NCBI GenBank assembly: GCA_951406725.2
Contig: OX597823.1
Location: forward strand, 108,004,001 to 108,068,000
Direction of reading: 5' to 3'
Source: Octopus vulgaris
Taxonomy: Eukaryota
DNA: 64,000 bases
Every line of letters starts with the position of its first letter. The first letter of the stretch is position 1. Positions 28,026 to 41,164 of the stretch are shown piece by piece. A program made the position numbers and the translations under genes. The notes beneath the pieces were generated by a model. It searched no databases. It was not told where the DNA came from and saw only the letters and a program-made list of their open reading frames with translations.

Positions 28026-28550
28026 TATAAATTAGAGAAAAAACACTATTATGTAATTCCAACATTGATAAACAAAACCATATCATATAGGAAAATGAAA
28101 TATATTATAAATCATATATCTAGATAACAAAAAGTACAAAAAAATGAATAAACATTATATAAGTAAAAAAACTACGTACGTTTCGTGGCTATAACTTCAA
28201 TTCGAATTACAATTAAATTTAGTCCAAAAACAATTCAATTTAAAGGTATAGTCATTCGTCAGGTCAGCAATAATAACAATAATTGTTAAATAAATACATA
28301 TTTTTAATTTTTGGATTAAACTTAAATTTAATTGTAATTATTCATTCTTTTAATACTTTTTTGATCTAGATATATGTTTTATAATATATTTTATTTTTTC
28401 TATATGATATGGTTTTGTCTATCATTGTTTGAATTACATAATAGTGGTTTTTCTCTAATTTATATATTTTATTTATTTATATTCTAAAATTTGATTTAAT
28501 ACTAAATTGAATTTTTTCCCTGTAAATTTGGAGTTTTACTCCATAATATT
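28022..28550. mobile_element. Penelope-like non-coding element family H3 with ~110-bp inverted arms, in (TA)n
   Basis: 28028-28137 is an imperfect reverse complement of 28352-28463; a hammerhead lies in the spacer; (TA)n on both sides. Confidence 0.7.
28170..28265 (-). ncRNA. Type-I hammerhead ribozyme motif with long stem II
   Basis: Minus strand: gac-CTGACGA-a-tgactata...tatagcca-c-GAAA-c gtac g-TA-gtt; canonical core and palindromic stem III (ACGTACGT); stem I is weak (3 bp). Confidence 0.75.
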
Positions 28551-30898
28551 ATATATATATATATATGTGTGTGTGTGTATGTGTGTGTGTGTGTGTATAC
28601 CTAATATTATATATATATATATATACCTACCTGCGTTCCTACCTACCTACCTACATACCTACCTACCTACCTATCTACCTACTTACCTACCTACCTATCT
28701 ACCAACCTACCTACCTACCTACCTACCTACCTACCAACCTACCTACCTGTCTACCTGTCTACCTACCCACACATACATAGACAAATATATAAAACCTTCA
28801 AATATATAAATATTTATGTATATGCTTTATATGTGTATATGTATACGTAGGCGCGCGCGCACATACACATTCACACATATTCACATACACACATGTACAC
28901 ACAACGGAAGGTAGAGAAATACAGGGAAACGTCGAGTAACACGTAGCGAGAATAATGATCAGAGAATAGCAGAAAGAGAAGGGTGAAGAGTGAGAAAGTA
29001 GAGCGAGAGAGGGAGAGAGAGAGAGAGAGCGGTGTGAGAAGGGGATAGAGGGAGAGTGGAGGGAGAGTAGAGAAAGAGAGTGAGAGGTGAGAAGGAGAAA
29101 GTAGGCAAGGCGCATATAGTTTAATTCTTTAGCTGTGACTTATCCCAGGAAAATATCTGTTAAGAGAATGGTGTACAAAATGTATTTAAGGTTTAATGTT
29201 AGCAAATGTCCACTTCCGTTATTAAGCTGTAAGATTATTGGTTAATATGTCTAGTTTAAGATGTTTGAGATGGACAAAACATTTGAGTGTCCCCAAAGAG
29301 CAGTTGCATGTGAACAATAAACTAAACCGCCATGAATTGTCTCCCCATAGGGCAATGTTACGTGAGCATTAAATTGAAACACTAACGTATTTCTGTACAA
29401 ACAGACATGCGATATTAGCAGTTAAGGTATTGGTCTAGGTTTCTCTAGCGTGTCTGTGGCTGACTGTTTGCTTTGCTGAATCATTAAGTAAACCATAAAT
29501 CGCAAAACTTAATGGTCGAGACACTGTCAAGACTTTCCAGTGAAAAAGTAACAACCGATTCAAAAGAAGGGCTTGAACTCGCTATTGCAGTTTAACGAGA
29601 TGTTCAGTTACATTTAGTGAGGTGGGTTGGACTTCGGGATCCTATGTACAACCAGTCTAAGCCATTCCATGAGTTCAGTGTTTCGAAGCATGGATATAGC
29701 TAGACAAGAACCGTGGATACTTTGATCACGAGTTTGTCCTCCATCAGCTGTCGCCAGTGACTTGAATACTGAATTATCGTTAATACAAAATAGATTTGTG
29801 ATAAATACGATACAGCTGGAGATGTGTTCCGCTTTTAATATTTCTTATATTAACAAGTTGATAAGGGATTAGTAAAATGTTACTTATGAGATCATTAACA
29901 CATTGTTGCGCTATAATTTTCACAACTACTAGTTGAGTACATTCGTGTGTGTGTGTGTGAACGCGTTTACATATGTACACACACACATATGTGTATAAAT
30001 GTAATGAACGTCGAAACATTTGTATGAATAGAAAATTCAAAATATTCTGTTTTTCACAAAATAAAATAAGAACGTCATCGACTACGTAAGACAACAGCAG
30101 AATACTGTAAAAGAACTCTAAATCCGAAACATACCCATAAATAGTGAATATTGCAACTAAAAACAACCTCCTCAGTACAGAGTACCCTGTAACACGTGTG
30201 TCTGAAAAGTTGTAAATAGCGAAAGAATTATGATCTCTTGTTTCCAAATGATTTGAATCACACGTTTTTTAAAGATCTTAATATTGTGAATAACTTTTCT
30301 AGCCTTGTGTCAAAATGTGGCTCAAATATGAATAATTTTTATTTGAAGATCTTTCTTCAAATATTATTCCTGCATCATGAAGGCTTTCTTTTTCTCACTC
30401 ACCCTCTCTCTTTCTCTATGTATGTGCATGCGTGTGTTGGATATGTGTGTGTATGTATGTATGTATGTATGTATGTACATTAGTGTTTGTTTTTATTAAA
30501 AGCGATTTTATATTTATCTGAAGGGTTACTCTATACTTTCGTTGTGTACAAATTTATTATTCTTAAACATGAATGTTATTAACAATGACTTCGAAATTTC
30601 GTTCAACAAAACAATCGTGGAACTGTGATGCATTTAAGTTTTATATAGCCACTTGATAATATTTTCACATTTGATTCCCAATTCTAATAATTTTTATATT
30701 TTACGTTTAATCATTTTTGTATTATAGTACTCACTTGCTTAGTACATATTGCTTTCGTTATTTCACCAAAGTCAAAATCTCTCATTTTTAAACAAACATC
30801 ACAGTAGTCCAACAACGGAAGGGGAAGCAGCTTGTCAAGTTTTACCTTCTCCTCAAAGCAACATAGAGATTTCAATCCAGCAGCCCATTTGTAAGCTA

Positions 30899-30939
<41 letters not shown>

Positions 30940-31031
30940 AGAGAGAGAGAAAGATTGGGGAAGAGAGAACATTGTAAACAATGAATGAAATAAACATGAA
31001 ATGAAAAAATCGTATAAATAAAAGGGCATTA

Positions 31032-32622
31032 CTACAGATGTATACGCCACCAACTTTGTTGCCTCATGACATCAAAAAAAAAAAGAAATGGATACTTTTT
31101 AACACTATTTTCTACAAATACCACTTAGATGTTGTAGCTTCAGTGTATATAAGGATTTATGGGGAAAGAATTTTTCTGAGTGGAAAGATGAGTTTCGAAA
31201 AATTCATACGATCTGACTTTTTTTCCTCATAACTTCAGGAAAATGGGTATCATTTACTAAAAGTTTATACAACTCTCTTTCAAACGGCATAGACTGCGAT
31301 TATAAAGAAATTTTTGGGATACATTTTGGTGGAGGGATTTTCCATTATTTTTTTAAATCTACAGCCTTCGAAATAATGGGAGGGGGGGGGCGGCATCTTT
31401 GTTTGAAAAAAATTTGAAAACTCTTTTTTTTACACCCCCCCTCATCACCCTGGATCTATTTTGGCCAATTTTTTTGGCACTTCAAAACCATGGGAAGAGC
31501 ATTTTCGGTAAAAAAAAGTTAATATTTTCAGAGGGAAAAGTGCGTGATTTAAGGATGATTTGGCTGTTGTTACTAGCACATTCAAAGATAACACTCCTCA
31601 TTTCTTTATCAGTCTCGGCTGTACTGATGTTTTTCAATATTTTCTTCCTTAAGTACATTTATATGCTATAAAAAAGAAAATTTGAGAAATTATTAATTTT
31701 TTGCAACCTCACTCCCTGCCCCGATTGTTTCTGTTTAGAAATTAAAGTATTGGAGACCCTGAGAAGGTCATTGCTGGCACTTATCCACAGTGATTAAAAA
31801 AAGAGTTTTGTAAACGATAATTCATTTTAATTGCATATTTTTTTTGTTCACTTGATTGAGGTGGGGGCAAAAATGCTGATTGCAATTTATTTCGCTGCTT
31901 TTATTCCACCAATGGACCACACATGTGTTACTTCGGCATCATCATTCCATAAAATGCGTTTAATGGAAGGAAATATTGAAAGAAAACATCAATACATGCG
32001 TAAGTGAAAATAGAGGGTGGTTTAGGTTGTGCTAGAAACAACAGTGAAACCTCCCTTGAATTGTTAACGTTTTCCTCTGAAAATATTTACAATCTTTTTT
32101 TTTTTGTCTTAGCGAAAACGCTTCTCTCATGATTTTTAAGTTAAAAAAGAAAATGGCCAAAATCGGTCCAGGTAGTTATTATTAAAGGGATTGTGGCGTT
32201 CCAAATAGCCATAACAATAAAATCACTTTTAAACTTTTTTCACAAAAATTATACCGGTATATCAAAACATTTTCATTCAATAAATAATGTTTTTACATTA
32301 CGTAAACATTAATAGAATAAACTGTGGGTTTTCCAAATAGTGAATTAAAAGTTGAAATGAAAACATGGAAATAGAGCGCGATAGACTTTACAAATGAAAA
32401 TGGAATCCTCCACAATGATTGCAATGAATATTTAAATTTGCGAGAAATTGTAGTTAAAAGATTCAATAAGCTTGAGAAATCGAAATTATAGGAAATTTCT
32501 TAGAACATGAATTTATAAAAATATTTACAGACGGTCAACCCTTTAATAATTGCTTTCTTTTAGTACTTTTAGTAATTGTTAAATACCTGATTAATAAGCA
32601 GCTTTCTCTATTATAATATAGA
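31032..32622 (-). mobile_element. Probable non-autonomous Helitron-like element
   Basis: Minus strand begins A|TCTATATTATAATAG and ends with hairpin gcaac-aaa-gttg followed by ..GTAG|T; no TSD; internal aaaatcggtccag motif. The 3' end deviates from CTAG. Confidence 0.4.
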
Positions 32623-33074
32623 TTTATTCATGTATGTAGAACTTTGGAAGTAGGTGTATATTTAGGTGTGTCCCTATCAGGTCATGAGATTGTTTTAGTG
32701 ATTCACAAAAAGAATGTAGGTAGGTAGATATACGTACATATGTGTATGTGTATAGATATGTATGTATATGTATATATACAAGGTCGATAAACTGCCAACC
32801 GAAGTGACAAAGTTTCTTATCTTACTACCGATATTTTTCCATTCATGCTGAAAACATATAACTTCTGGTCTGACTCCATTTAATTACCCACCGAGATTAG
32901 AACATATGTCTGCCCTTCCTATCATCGTCACCATTTGGAGTCAGTTAATTTCTCTCGTCTCATTTCTTTCTCTGAAAAAAAATGTAGTAAACTTATTTCG
33001 TTCACAGCCTACTTAAGAATGTATTCTTTTATGCGTTTCAGCCTAAAGACTATGGCCATGCTGGGGCACCTTTT

Positions 33075-33330
33075 CAATGGTCATTCGTTTGTGATTATCT
33101 TTTAGGAACGTGATCAGCTTCACCCTGACAATGCGTTCCATGACTTGGCTGACATTTGAGGTTAGAGAGACAGGCCTCTAATTTTCAGCATCCGCTCTGT
33201 CACCTCCTTGATGGATAGGACATAACTTTCCGGGAAGACATTCAGTCTTGGAAGAGGACTTCTAGTGGTCATGCTGGAGCCTCGTTGCATTTCTTTCGGA
33301 GGCTTGTTGAGAATCTATACGAAATTTATT
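33075..33330 (-). mobile_element. CR1-like LINE reverse transcriptase fragment
   Basis: Minus translation IHQGGDRADAEN*RPVSLTSNVSQVMERIVRVKLITFL (NYRPVSLTS motif). Confidence 0.75.
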
Positions 33331-33753
33331 TTCAATAAACGTCTTTTGTTAAAATTTATGTGCTTAGATAACTGTTTTCTATCGGACTTTCTCCACTTGT
33401 AGTAGGAAATGAATCGGTTTTGTAATCTGAGTTCATTTGGTTCAGGTATAATATTTTAAGTAGTCATTGCTTGGCATATTTGATTAGTGTTTCTTTTGCT
33501 GATTGTTGGAGTAAGGAGACATTTGCTTGTAGCATAGGCAGATAAATAAATAGCTGAATAGATAGTGGAAGGATAGATAGGAAAGAGAGAAATGGAGAAG
33601 GAGAAGAGAGAGAGAAAGAGATAAAGAAGGGACAAGAGAAGAAGGAATAAAAAGAATGGTCGAGAACGGGGTGTGAGGAGGTGATAAAATAACTATAGAT
33701 TAAATTACTTCCAGTAATGGTATCAACATCGATTGTCATAACTTTAATGGAAA

Positions 33754-33822
<69 letters not shown>

Positions 33823-33944
33823 ACTGCTGCTGCTGCTGCAGTAGTTGTGGTGGTGTTAGTAAGAGTTGTTGAAGTTCCTCTAAAGTTAAATAACGTACTT
33901 TATGTATTGTGAGCAATTCGTTGTTTCTTTATATCTGTGCATCC

Positions 33945-34180
33945 ATTCATTTGTCCTTCCTGAACCACCGGCTCATAGGACCGGTTTCCCAGATTCAGTG
34001 ACGTATATATTTCCCCGGACAGAACGCCGATCAGTCGCAAGATTTCGCACCCCACTTTTTTTATCATCTGAGTGAACTGGAGCAACGTGAAATAAAGTGT
34101 TTTGCTCAAGAACGCCAGACAACGCCCGGTCCAGGAATTGAAACCACGATCTTACGATTATGAATGCAAGTCACGTGCCC
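33945..34180 (-). mobile_element. SINE family D (CORE-like), with a family-B-type tail
   Basis: ttcttgagcaaaacactttatttcacgttgctccagttcactcag core; tail gggaaaccggtcctatgagcc is similar to the 43621 copy. Confidence 0.7.
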
Positions 34181-34434
34181 CTTTGCAGTTACATATATAA
34201 ATAGGAGCAGTATTTATTCATTTAATTATCTATTGCACTCAGAAAAGGCCCATCTTGTGTAAAAAACACAAACACGCAAGATGGCGCCATCATCACGATT
34301 ACCATCGGCATCAGAGACAATCATGGGACCGTTGAGGGGGAAAGCCGTTCCTCCCACCAGCCCTCCTACAGAAGAATATTCCCCCCCCCCCATATCACTC
34401 ACTCCCAGCGACGATGACGAACAGTAACAGCAGT

Positions 34435-34812
34435 GGAGGCGCAATGGTCCAATGGTTAGGGCAGCGAACTCGCAGTCGGAGGAACGCGGTTTCGATCCTC
34501 AGGCCGGGCGTTGTCTGTGTTTATTGAGTGAAAACACTTAAAGCTCCACGAGGCTCCAGCAGGGAGTGGTGGCGACCCCTGTTGTACTCTTTCGCTCCAA
34601 CTTTCTCTCACTCTTTCTTCCTGTTGCTTGTTCCTGACTTCCTACGCAACCGCTGAGCCTGGATGCGCATTCATCCATCCGTCGATGCTCTCGGTGTTGG
34701 AGGGATGACCTGCTTTCTCTTCTGCGGGTCGTACGAATAGCAAAGGACGACGTTTCGGACTTCTCCCATCTTGCGAGGTCTGGGACGAAGACCGTTCGCT
34801 CAATAGCAACAA
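34435..34812 (+). mobile_element. SINE family B
   Basis: Colinear with 14401-14796; (CAA)-type tail. Confidence 0.88.
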
Positions 34813-34825
34813 CATCCTAAGCAAT

Positions 34826-35772
34826 GTGAGAGCTCGCGAGAGCTGTGTGCCTTGGGTATGTGCTGTGGCTTGTTGTGGTCCTCTTATTTTCACTGTCTTA
34901 ATTTCTCTATCTGTGTGTATTGGCATATCCCCGAATATGGTTGTTTTCTCGTTTTCTGTGACCTTTTCTGGTGTGTGCCTATGCTATCTTTTTTCTGTTG
35001 TTATTCCATAGTGCTGGCATAGCTTCCGATGAATATAGGTGCCAACTCTGTCATGTCTGTGAATATATTTCTTTCTTAACCAGGACTGGCCAGCCAGAGA
35101 CATGTCCATCTCCACATATTCTGCATTTACTTGTATTTCTTGTCATTACAAGTTTGTGGTAATTTCTGGTGGGGAGGCTTTGATCTTGTGCTGCACTTAA
35201 AAACCCTTTAGTCTCTGCTTTGACTCCTGAACCTCTCAGCTATTATTGGGGTTTTCTGTTTAGTTTAACCCAGTATTTGCCATGAAGGGACTTTTCTTGT
35301 CATCGTTTTCTCATGATCCGTTGCTGTTCCAGTTTTGGTTTGGATTTCAGTTGTTCTACAGCTTTTGTTGTTTCTTCTTTTCCTTCACAGTTGTTAGGTA
35401 TTACGACTTCTATTTTGTATTTATCAGCTCCATTAAAGACTGAAAGCAGTTTATTGTTTTGTTCGTGATTTGTGGCTATTTGTATTAGTTTTCCTTGCTT
35501 CTGAAGTAGGTATTTCTGTAATTCTGTGGTGGTTATTTTGCAATAGTTTTCTAACTATATAAGGCTTCTACCACCTTCGGTACGTTGTATATATATATAA
35601 CCTTTCTATGTCAGATTTTGGGTGGTGCATCCTAAATTCTATCAGTATTTTGTTTTGTATTCCTGTCTATTTTGATTTTTTCATTTAGAGTCCAGTTAAG
35701 AATATTGTAGCTGCAACTTATAACTGAGACGGCTAGAGTGTTGTACTATCTGTAGTAACGTTTCCAGCTGTT
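34826..35772 (-). mobile_element. R4/Dong-like RLE non-LTR retrotransposon remnant, internally deleted
   Basis: Broken motifs NTLAVSVISCSYNILNWT, RTEGGR, EKSLHGKYW, AAQDQSLPTRNY, CRICG, HTPEKVTENEKTTI..DMPIHTDREIK, then a jump into the same 3'UTR as 38052-38262. Confidence 0.85.
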
Positions 35773-35775
35773 TAT

Positions 35776-35880
35776 CTTCTTCTTCTTCTTCTTCTTCTTC
35801 TTCTTCTTCTTCTTCTTCTTCTTCTTCTTCTTCTTCTTCTTCTTCTTCTTCTTCTTCTTCTTCTTCTTCTTCTTCTTCTT

Positions 35881-35946
<66 letters not shown>
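35776..35946. repeat. (TTC)n followed by (TTA)n microsatellite
   Basis: Perfect trinucleotide runs. Confidence 0.95.
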
Positions 35947-36505
35947 GAGTGAGAGAGCAGTGCATGCCATCAAAGTGACACTGGGGTAAAATATACGAAG
36001 CCCAGTATACCCATCATGATTACCCGTCTGATAAGGGTACACCAGGCACATGCATCACAACCATATGTGCGCGACATGGTGATCTCATATCAAGATAAAC
36101 AGCACATGACCTTGCAGGTGGGGCCCACTTAGAATTTTCTTCAGGTCGAGTAACTCATCCTGCTCAAAAGGTCCCTGAATAAGGATTTTTTAAGGATGTT
36201 GAAAGAACCACCCATGTTTCCAGAGGTGAATTATTCAAACCCCAAAGAATCCCTCTCAACACATGGCTATGATGCCCCCCCCCCCACTACTTCTGCTCGT
36301 GATCAGAGATGCACATATCGTCAGCCACTAAGGGGCATGCTCAACTGGTAAAGGTCAAACAACTGACAAGCAAATCTGTGGTATTGAGCAGAATATTTGC
36401 TGTAGCCCATCTTTTATACCAAGACAAAACAGTGTACATGATAACACCTCCAATCAGTTAAGATCAGAAGCCATGAGAGCCACTGCCTGGTACTGCATCA
36501 GGGCA

Positions 36506-36508
<3 letters not shown>
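35946..36508. mobile_element. ~560-bp non-coding element in (TTA)n, copy 1
   Basis: Direct repeat of 36551-37102; bounded by (TTA)n at both ends. Confidence 0.85.
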
Positions 36509-36550
<42 letters not shown>

Positions 36551-36551
<1 letters not shown>

Positions 36552-37149
36552 GAGTGAGAGAGCAATGCATGCCATCAAAGTGACACTGGGGTAAAATATA
36601 CGAAGCCCAGTATACCCATCATGATTACCCGTCTGATAAGAGTACACCAGGCACATGCATCACAACCATATGTGCGCGACATGGTGATCTCATATCAAGA
36701 TAAACTGCGCACGACCTTGCAGATGGAACCCAGTTACAATTTTCTTTAGATCGAGTAGCCCATCCTGCTCAAAAGGTCCCTGAATAAAGGTTGTTTAAGG
36801 ATGTTGAACGAAACACCCATTTTTCCAAAGGTGAATTATCCAAACCTCTAAGAATTCCTTTCAACACACGGCTATGATGCTCCCCCACTACTTCTGCTTG
36901 CAATCAGAAATGCACACATCGTCAGCCACTAAGGGATATGCTCAACTGGTTAAGGTCAAACAACTGACAAGCAAATCTGTGGTATTGAGCAGAATATTTG
37001 CTGTAGCTCATCTTTTATACCAAGACAAAGCAATGTACATGATAACACTTCCAATCAGTTAAGATGAGAAGCCATGAGAGCCACTGCCTGGTACTGCGTC
37101 AGCGCATTGGTACTGCATCAGGGCATTGGTACTGCATCAGGTACTGCAT
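36551..37149. mobile_element. ~560-bp non-coding element in (TTA)n, copy 2, with terminal stutter
   Basis: Diverged copy; the terminal tggtactgcatcagggcat is reiterated at 37089-37149. Confidence 0.85.
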
Positions 37150-37234
37150 ATTATTATTATTATTATCATCATCATCATCATCATCGTCATCATTATCATC
37201 ATCATCATCATCATCATCATTATCATCATTATCA

Positions 37235-37289
<55 letters not shown>

Positions 37290-37290
<1 letters not shown>

Positions 37291-37815
37291 TCCATATACG
37301 CTCAAGAGATTAAAGTGTTGGAAGAGAAAAATTCCTAACATCGGGCTACAAGTAACCTTCGATGCAAGAACCTTCAATGTATTCTAGCTATCCTTAATAA
37401 CACTGGAGCTGCTCTGAACTGTCCACTATATACTATCCATCTGTTCAAATCATTAGGGACAGTTTCTAATGGACCTATAACTACAAAGACACATTTTACC
37501 TGCACTTTCCACAGCTTCTTGTAACTCAATCACTAGGTCCTGATACATTGCTATGTTCTCTATACCGCTTATATTGACTTCCTCATCATTTGGGACCGTA
37601 AAGTCAATTATCCGGCACTTTTTATCCTCTTTATTCACGATTACTAAATCAGGCCTTCGAGCTTCTATTACCCTGTCAATCTGAACGTTAAAATACCACA
37701 TCTTATATTTCTTACTTTCTAGCGCTTCGCTAGGTTCATGTCCATACCATTTATCAGTATAGTCAAATACTAGATTTCTACAGTGGATTATTCTCCCTAG
37801 ATTATCATGGCGATG
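37290..37815 (-). mobile_element. R4/Dong-like LINE 3' fragment (restriction-like endonuclease)
   Basis: HRHDNLG..KWYGHEP..IEARRPDLVIVNKEDKKCRIIDFTVPND..YQDL (PD-(D/E)xK RLE); 3' end abuts (TAA)n. Confidence 0.88.
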
Positions 37816-37996
37816 ATCTGACAGAATCATTAGCACGCCAGGCCAAATACTTAGCGGTATGACGTCTGCCTTTACATCCTCAATTCAAATTTCATCTTTT
37901 CGCGGTCGCTGAACTAACTACTAGTCGAGTATTGGGATAAATGTAATCAACTAGCCACTCCCTCAAAATTGCTGACCTTGTGGCGAAATTTGAAGC

Positions 37997-38051
<55 letters not shown>

Positions 38052-38054
<3 letters not shown>

Positions 38055-38262
38055 TAGTTTTATTTTTAGAGCGTGCTTTCCCTTCACTACCGGTGCCTTG
38101 GGTATGTGCTGTGGTCTGCTGTGATGCTCTTATGGTTACTGTATTGAAAGTGCTTTGCGTAGGATGTGTGCAGTGCCTAGTAGTGCAATTTTTTGTATGT
38201 TATATATATTTGTATGTCCTGGTGTTTTTGTTATGTATTTGTCTGAATATTTTATTATCATT
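38052..38262 (-). mobile_element. R4/Dong-like LINE extreme 3' end
   Basis: IQKIALLGTAHILRKALS* C-terminus, then a 3'UTR ending aaataaaactactgaa(TAA)n. Confidence 0.85.
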
Positions 38263-38272
38263 GTTATTATCA

Positions 38273-38328
<56 letters not shown>

Positions 38329-38489
38329 AATTTCACTTCTCAGAGCTGTCTATCTTACATGATCCGGCCAATTTTGTAAGAGCGAACAAGAGCTTGGTTT
38401 TTTTCTGAGCGTGTTCTGCCCGCATGCTAATCCCAGCAGAACAGATTAAACAGTTGGAAACGAAATATCTCTAACATCAGACTACAACA

Positions 38490-38800
38490 AATAACCTTAG
38501 ATTCCAAGAACTTTCGTGAGCTTCCTGTTATTATCTTCCATAATAACAGGAAACCTTTTCTAGGGCTGTACTAAACTAAGTTTTTTGCCTATTTCTTCTG
38601 TCCGTCTGTTCAAATCTTTAAGGATAGTTCCTAATGCGCTTATAACTACAGGGATACAATTTACCTGCACTTTCCATAGTCTCTGTAACTCAATGGCTAA
38701 GTCCTGGTACTTTGCTAGTTTCTCTATACCTTTCATATTGACTTTCTCATTATTTAGGACCGTAGAGTCAATTACCTGGCACTTTCTATTCTCTTCGTCA
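38490..38800 (-). mobile_element. R4/Dong-like LINE 3' fragment
   Basis: KCQVIDSTVLNNEKVNMKGIEKLAKYQDLAIELQRLWKVQVNCIPVVISALGT; homologous to 37290-37815. Confidence 0.85.
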
Positions 38801-38833
38801 GCATTATTATTATTATCATCATCATCATCATTA

Positions 38834-38865
<32 letters not shown>

Positions 38866-38867
38866 GC

Positions 38868-38916
<49 letters not shown>

Positions 38917-38933
38917 GCTATTATTATTATTGC

Positions 38934-38991
<58 letters not shown>

Positions 38992-39212
38992 TATCAACTG
39001 GTTAACCATTTAACCAATGGACTAATCGATTGTTTGATTAATAGTTCGATCAACCAATCAATCTAATTAGAATTAAGCAGACCTGCCAAGATGGGGCCAT
39101 GTCATTGATGAGGTCACGAATAGCAACGAAAGCACTCTGAAACCAACTGATTGATTGATTGATCGATCGCGCAATTAATCATGCTATTTATTAGTCATTG
39201 GTAAATTGGTTA

Positions 39213-39256
<44 letters not shown>

Positions 39257-39307
39257 AACCACCAGCAACACCACCATGACCACCACAACCAGTAGCAGCA
39301 GCAGCAG

Positions 39308-39650
39308 TGGAGGCACAATGGCCCAGTGGTAAGGGCAGCGGACTCGCAGTCGGAGGATCGCGGTTTCGATTCCCAGATTTATTGAGCGAAAACACTTAAA
39401 GCTCTTCGAGGCTCCGGCAGTGGGTGGTGGCGACCCCTGTTGTACTCTTTCGCCCCAACTTTCTCTCACTCTTTCTTACTATTTCTTATCCCCGACTTCC
39501 TACGCAACCGCTGAATCTGAATGCGCATTCATCCATCCGTCGATGCTCTCGGTGTCGGGGGTTGACCTGCTTTCTCTTCTGCGGGTCTTACGAATAGCAA
39601 AGGGACCACGTTACAAACTTCATCTGGGATGAAGACCGTTCTCTCAACAG
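39308..39650 (+). mobile_element. SINE family B
   Basis: Same head and body as the 14401 copy, with small deletions. Confidence 0.88.
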
Positions 39651-40839
39651 CATCAACAGCAACAGCACCAGCAGCAGTACCACCACCACCTCCATTACCG
39701 CTTCCATCACTGCTGCCACCACCGCTTCCATCGCCGCTACCACCACCATTGCAACCGCTGCCGCCGCTAACGCCGCCAACCGCCGCCACCAGCACCACCA
39801 CCACCACCACTACTATTACATATGATGTCACTAAAACTACATTGGCTAATATGCATAACTCATGCTCTGTGTGTCCCTCTTACTGTAAATCAGATGTTAT
39901 TTGGAGGTACAGATTACCGTAATATCCTGTGTAACTGACACATGTTTCCGGAAACATTCTTATATTCAGGGAAAATATAACGAACAATCATTTCAATTAC
40001 TTAAGCCTTCACTCGGTAATGTCTTGTGAAACATTGAAGAAGAAACCTCTATGTGGTCATCTACCTACAAGAAGAAGTAACCGAGAATGCCTCAAATCGC
40101 CCTCTTCTGTCTTTAAAATAGAGGCGAGACAGTTAATGCATAGTGAGATAAATGTCTGAGCTGACAATATGACTATGGTGAAGATGGCTTTGATGATCTG
40201 TGTGATTGGTTGGGAAGTTAAACAACTCACACCGATGTATGTCTCCCTACTCTTGTCCCTTTCTGCGATCATATCTACAATGGTTTCCGTCCCTTCCAAA
40301 CGACACACAACCTGCCTTTGCTTTTCCCTTATCTCTAAAGCAATTTCTAATCGTTCTTTCTTCCCAGACCGCTTACCTCCTGATAAATCCTTACCTTAAT
40401 ACACGCGCTGTCCTTAAAACAGCAAGTTTAGGGAGTAGGTAGGTACAGGAGTTCATTTGTAAATATCGATCATATAAATAACCCCAGTTTTAAAAGCCTC
40501 CCCTTCTAAAACAAAAAAATAAAAAAGAGAACAGAAACAAAAGAACTGCCCCTCTTATTTGAACTAAGTACTAAACACTATAATCCAGAAAACTGTCCCC
40601 ACCGGTCATAAGCAAACTGCAATTCATGGGCCCTTCTGACTGGTACGCCAACAAAAAGTTACTCTGTATTTTTTTTCAGTAGTGAGGCCCACCTTTTGAT
40701 GGCCCAAGTTTCATGCGGCTCGCTTCTCGGAAAATTTGCTTATGCTTTTTACATAGTATTACTGGATAAAACCTTCGATGATGTCACAGGAATAAAGTAA
40801 CTACAGTGGTATAATTCAGAAAGACTTATCACAATAAAG

Positions 40840-41164
40840 GTGTAGGCGCGTGGCTTGGTGGTCGAGGGTATTCGGCTCATGATCGTAAGGTCATGAGTTC
40901 AATTCCCGACGGCGCGTTGTGTCCTTGAGCAAGACACTTTATTTCACGTTGCTCCAGTCCACTGAGCCAGCAAAAATGTGTAGTACCTGTATTTCAAAGG
41001 GCCAGCCTTGTCATATTCAGTGTCACACTGAATCTCCCCGAGAACTACGTTAAAGGTACACGTGTTTGTGGAGTGTTCGGCCACTTACACGTTAATTTCA
41101 TGAGCAAGCTGTTCCGTTGATCGTATCAGCTGAGACCCTCATCGTCGCAACCGACGGAGTGCTC
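40840..41164 (+). mobile_element. SINE family D (tRNA head plus CORE-like domain)
   Basis: A box tggcttggtggtc, B box gagttcaattccc, gtgtccttgagcaagacacttta core; 15-bp TSD cttatcacaataaag at 40825-40839 and 41165-41179. Confidence 0.9.

Noticed and set aside
34738-34800. GAAAC..GTC half-motif on the minus strand of the SINE B tail
   Set aside because: No CUGANGA partner in any copy.
36295-36395. Canonical HDV-like or hammerhead ribozyme in the 560-bp element
   Set aside because: No P1.1 GG or J4/2 catalytic C arrangement, and no GAAA after CTGACGA; kept only as a possible structure.
35946-37149. LTR pair or CRISPR-like array
   Set aside because: No TG..CA ends, PBS or internal region; no short repeat-spacer periodicity anywhere in the window.
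40057-40442. Overlapping 76-83 aa ORFs in unique sequence
   Set aside because: No recognisable motif or convincing splice signals.
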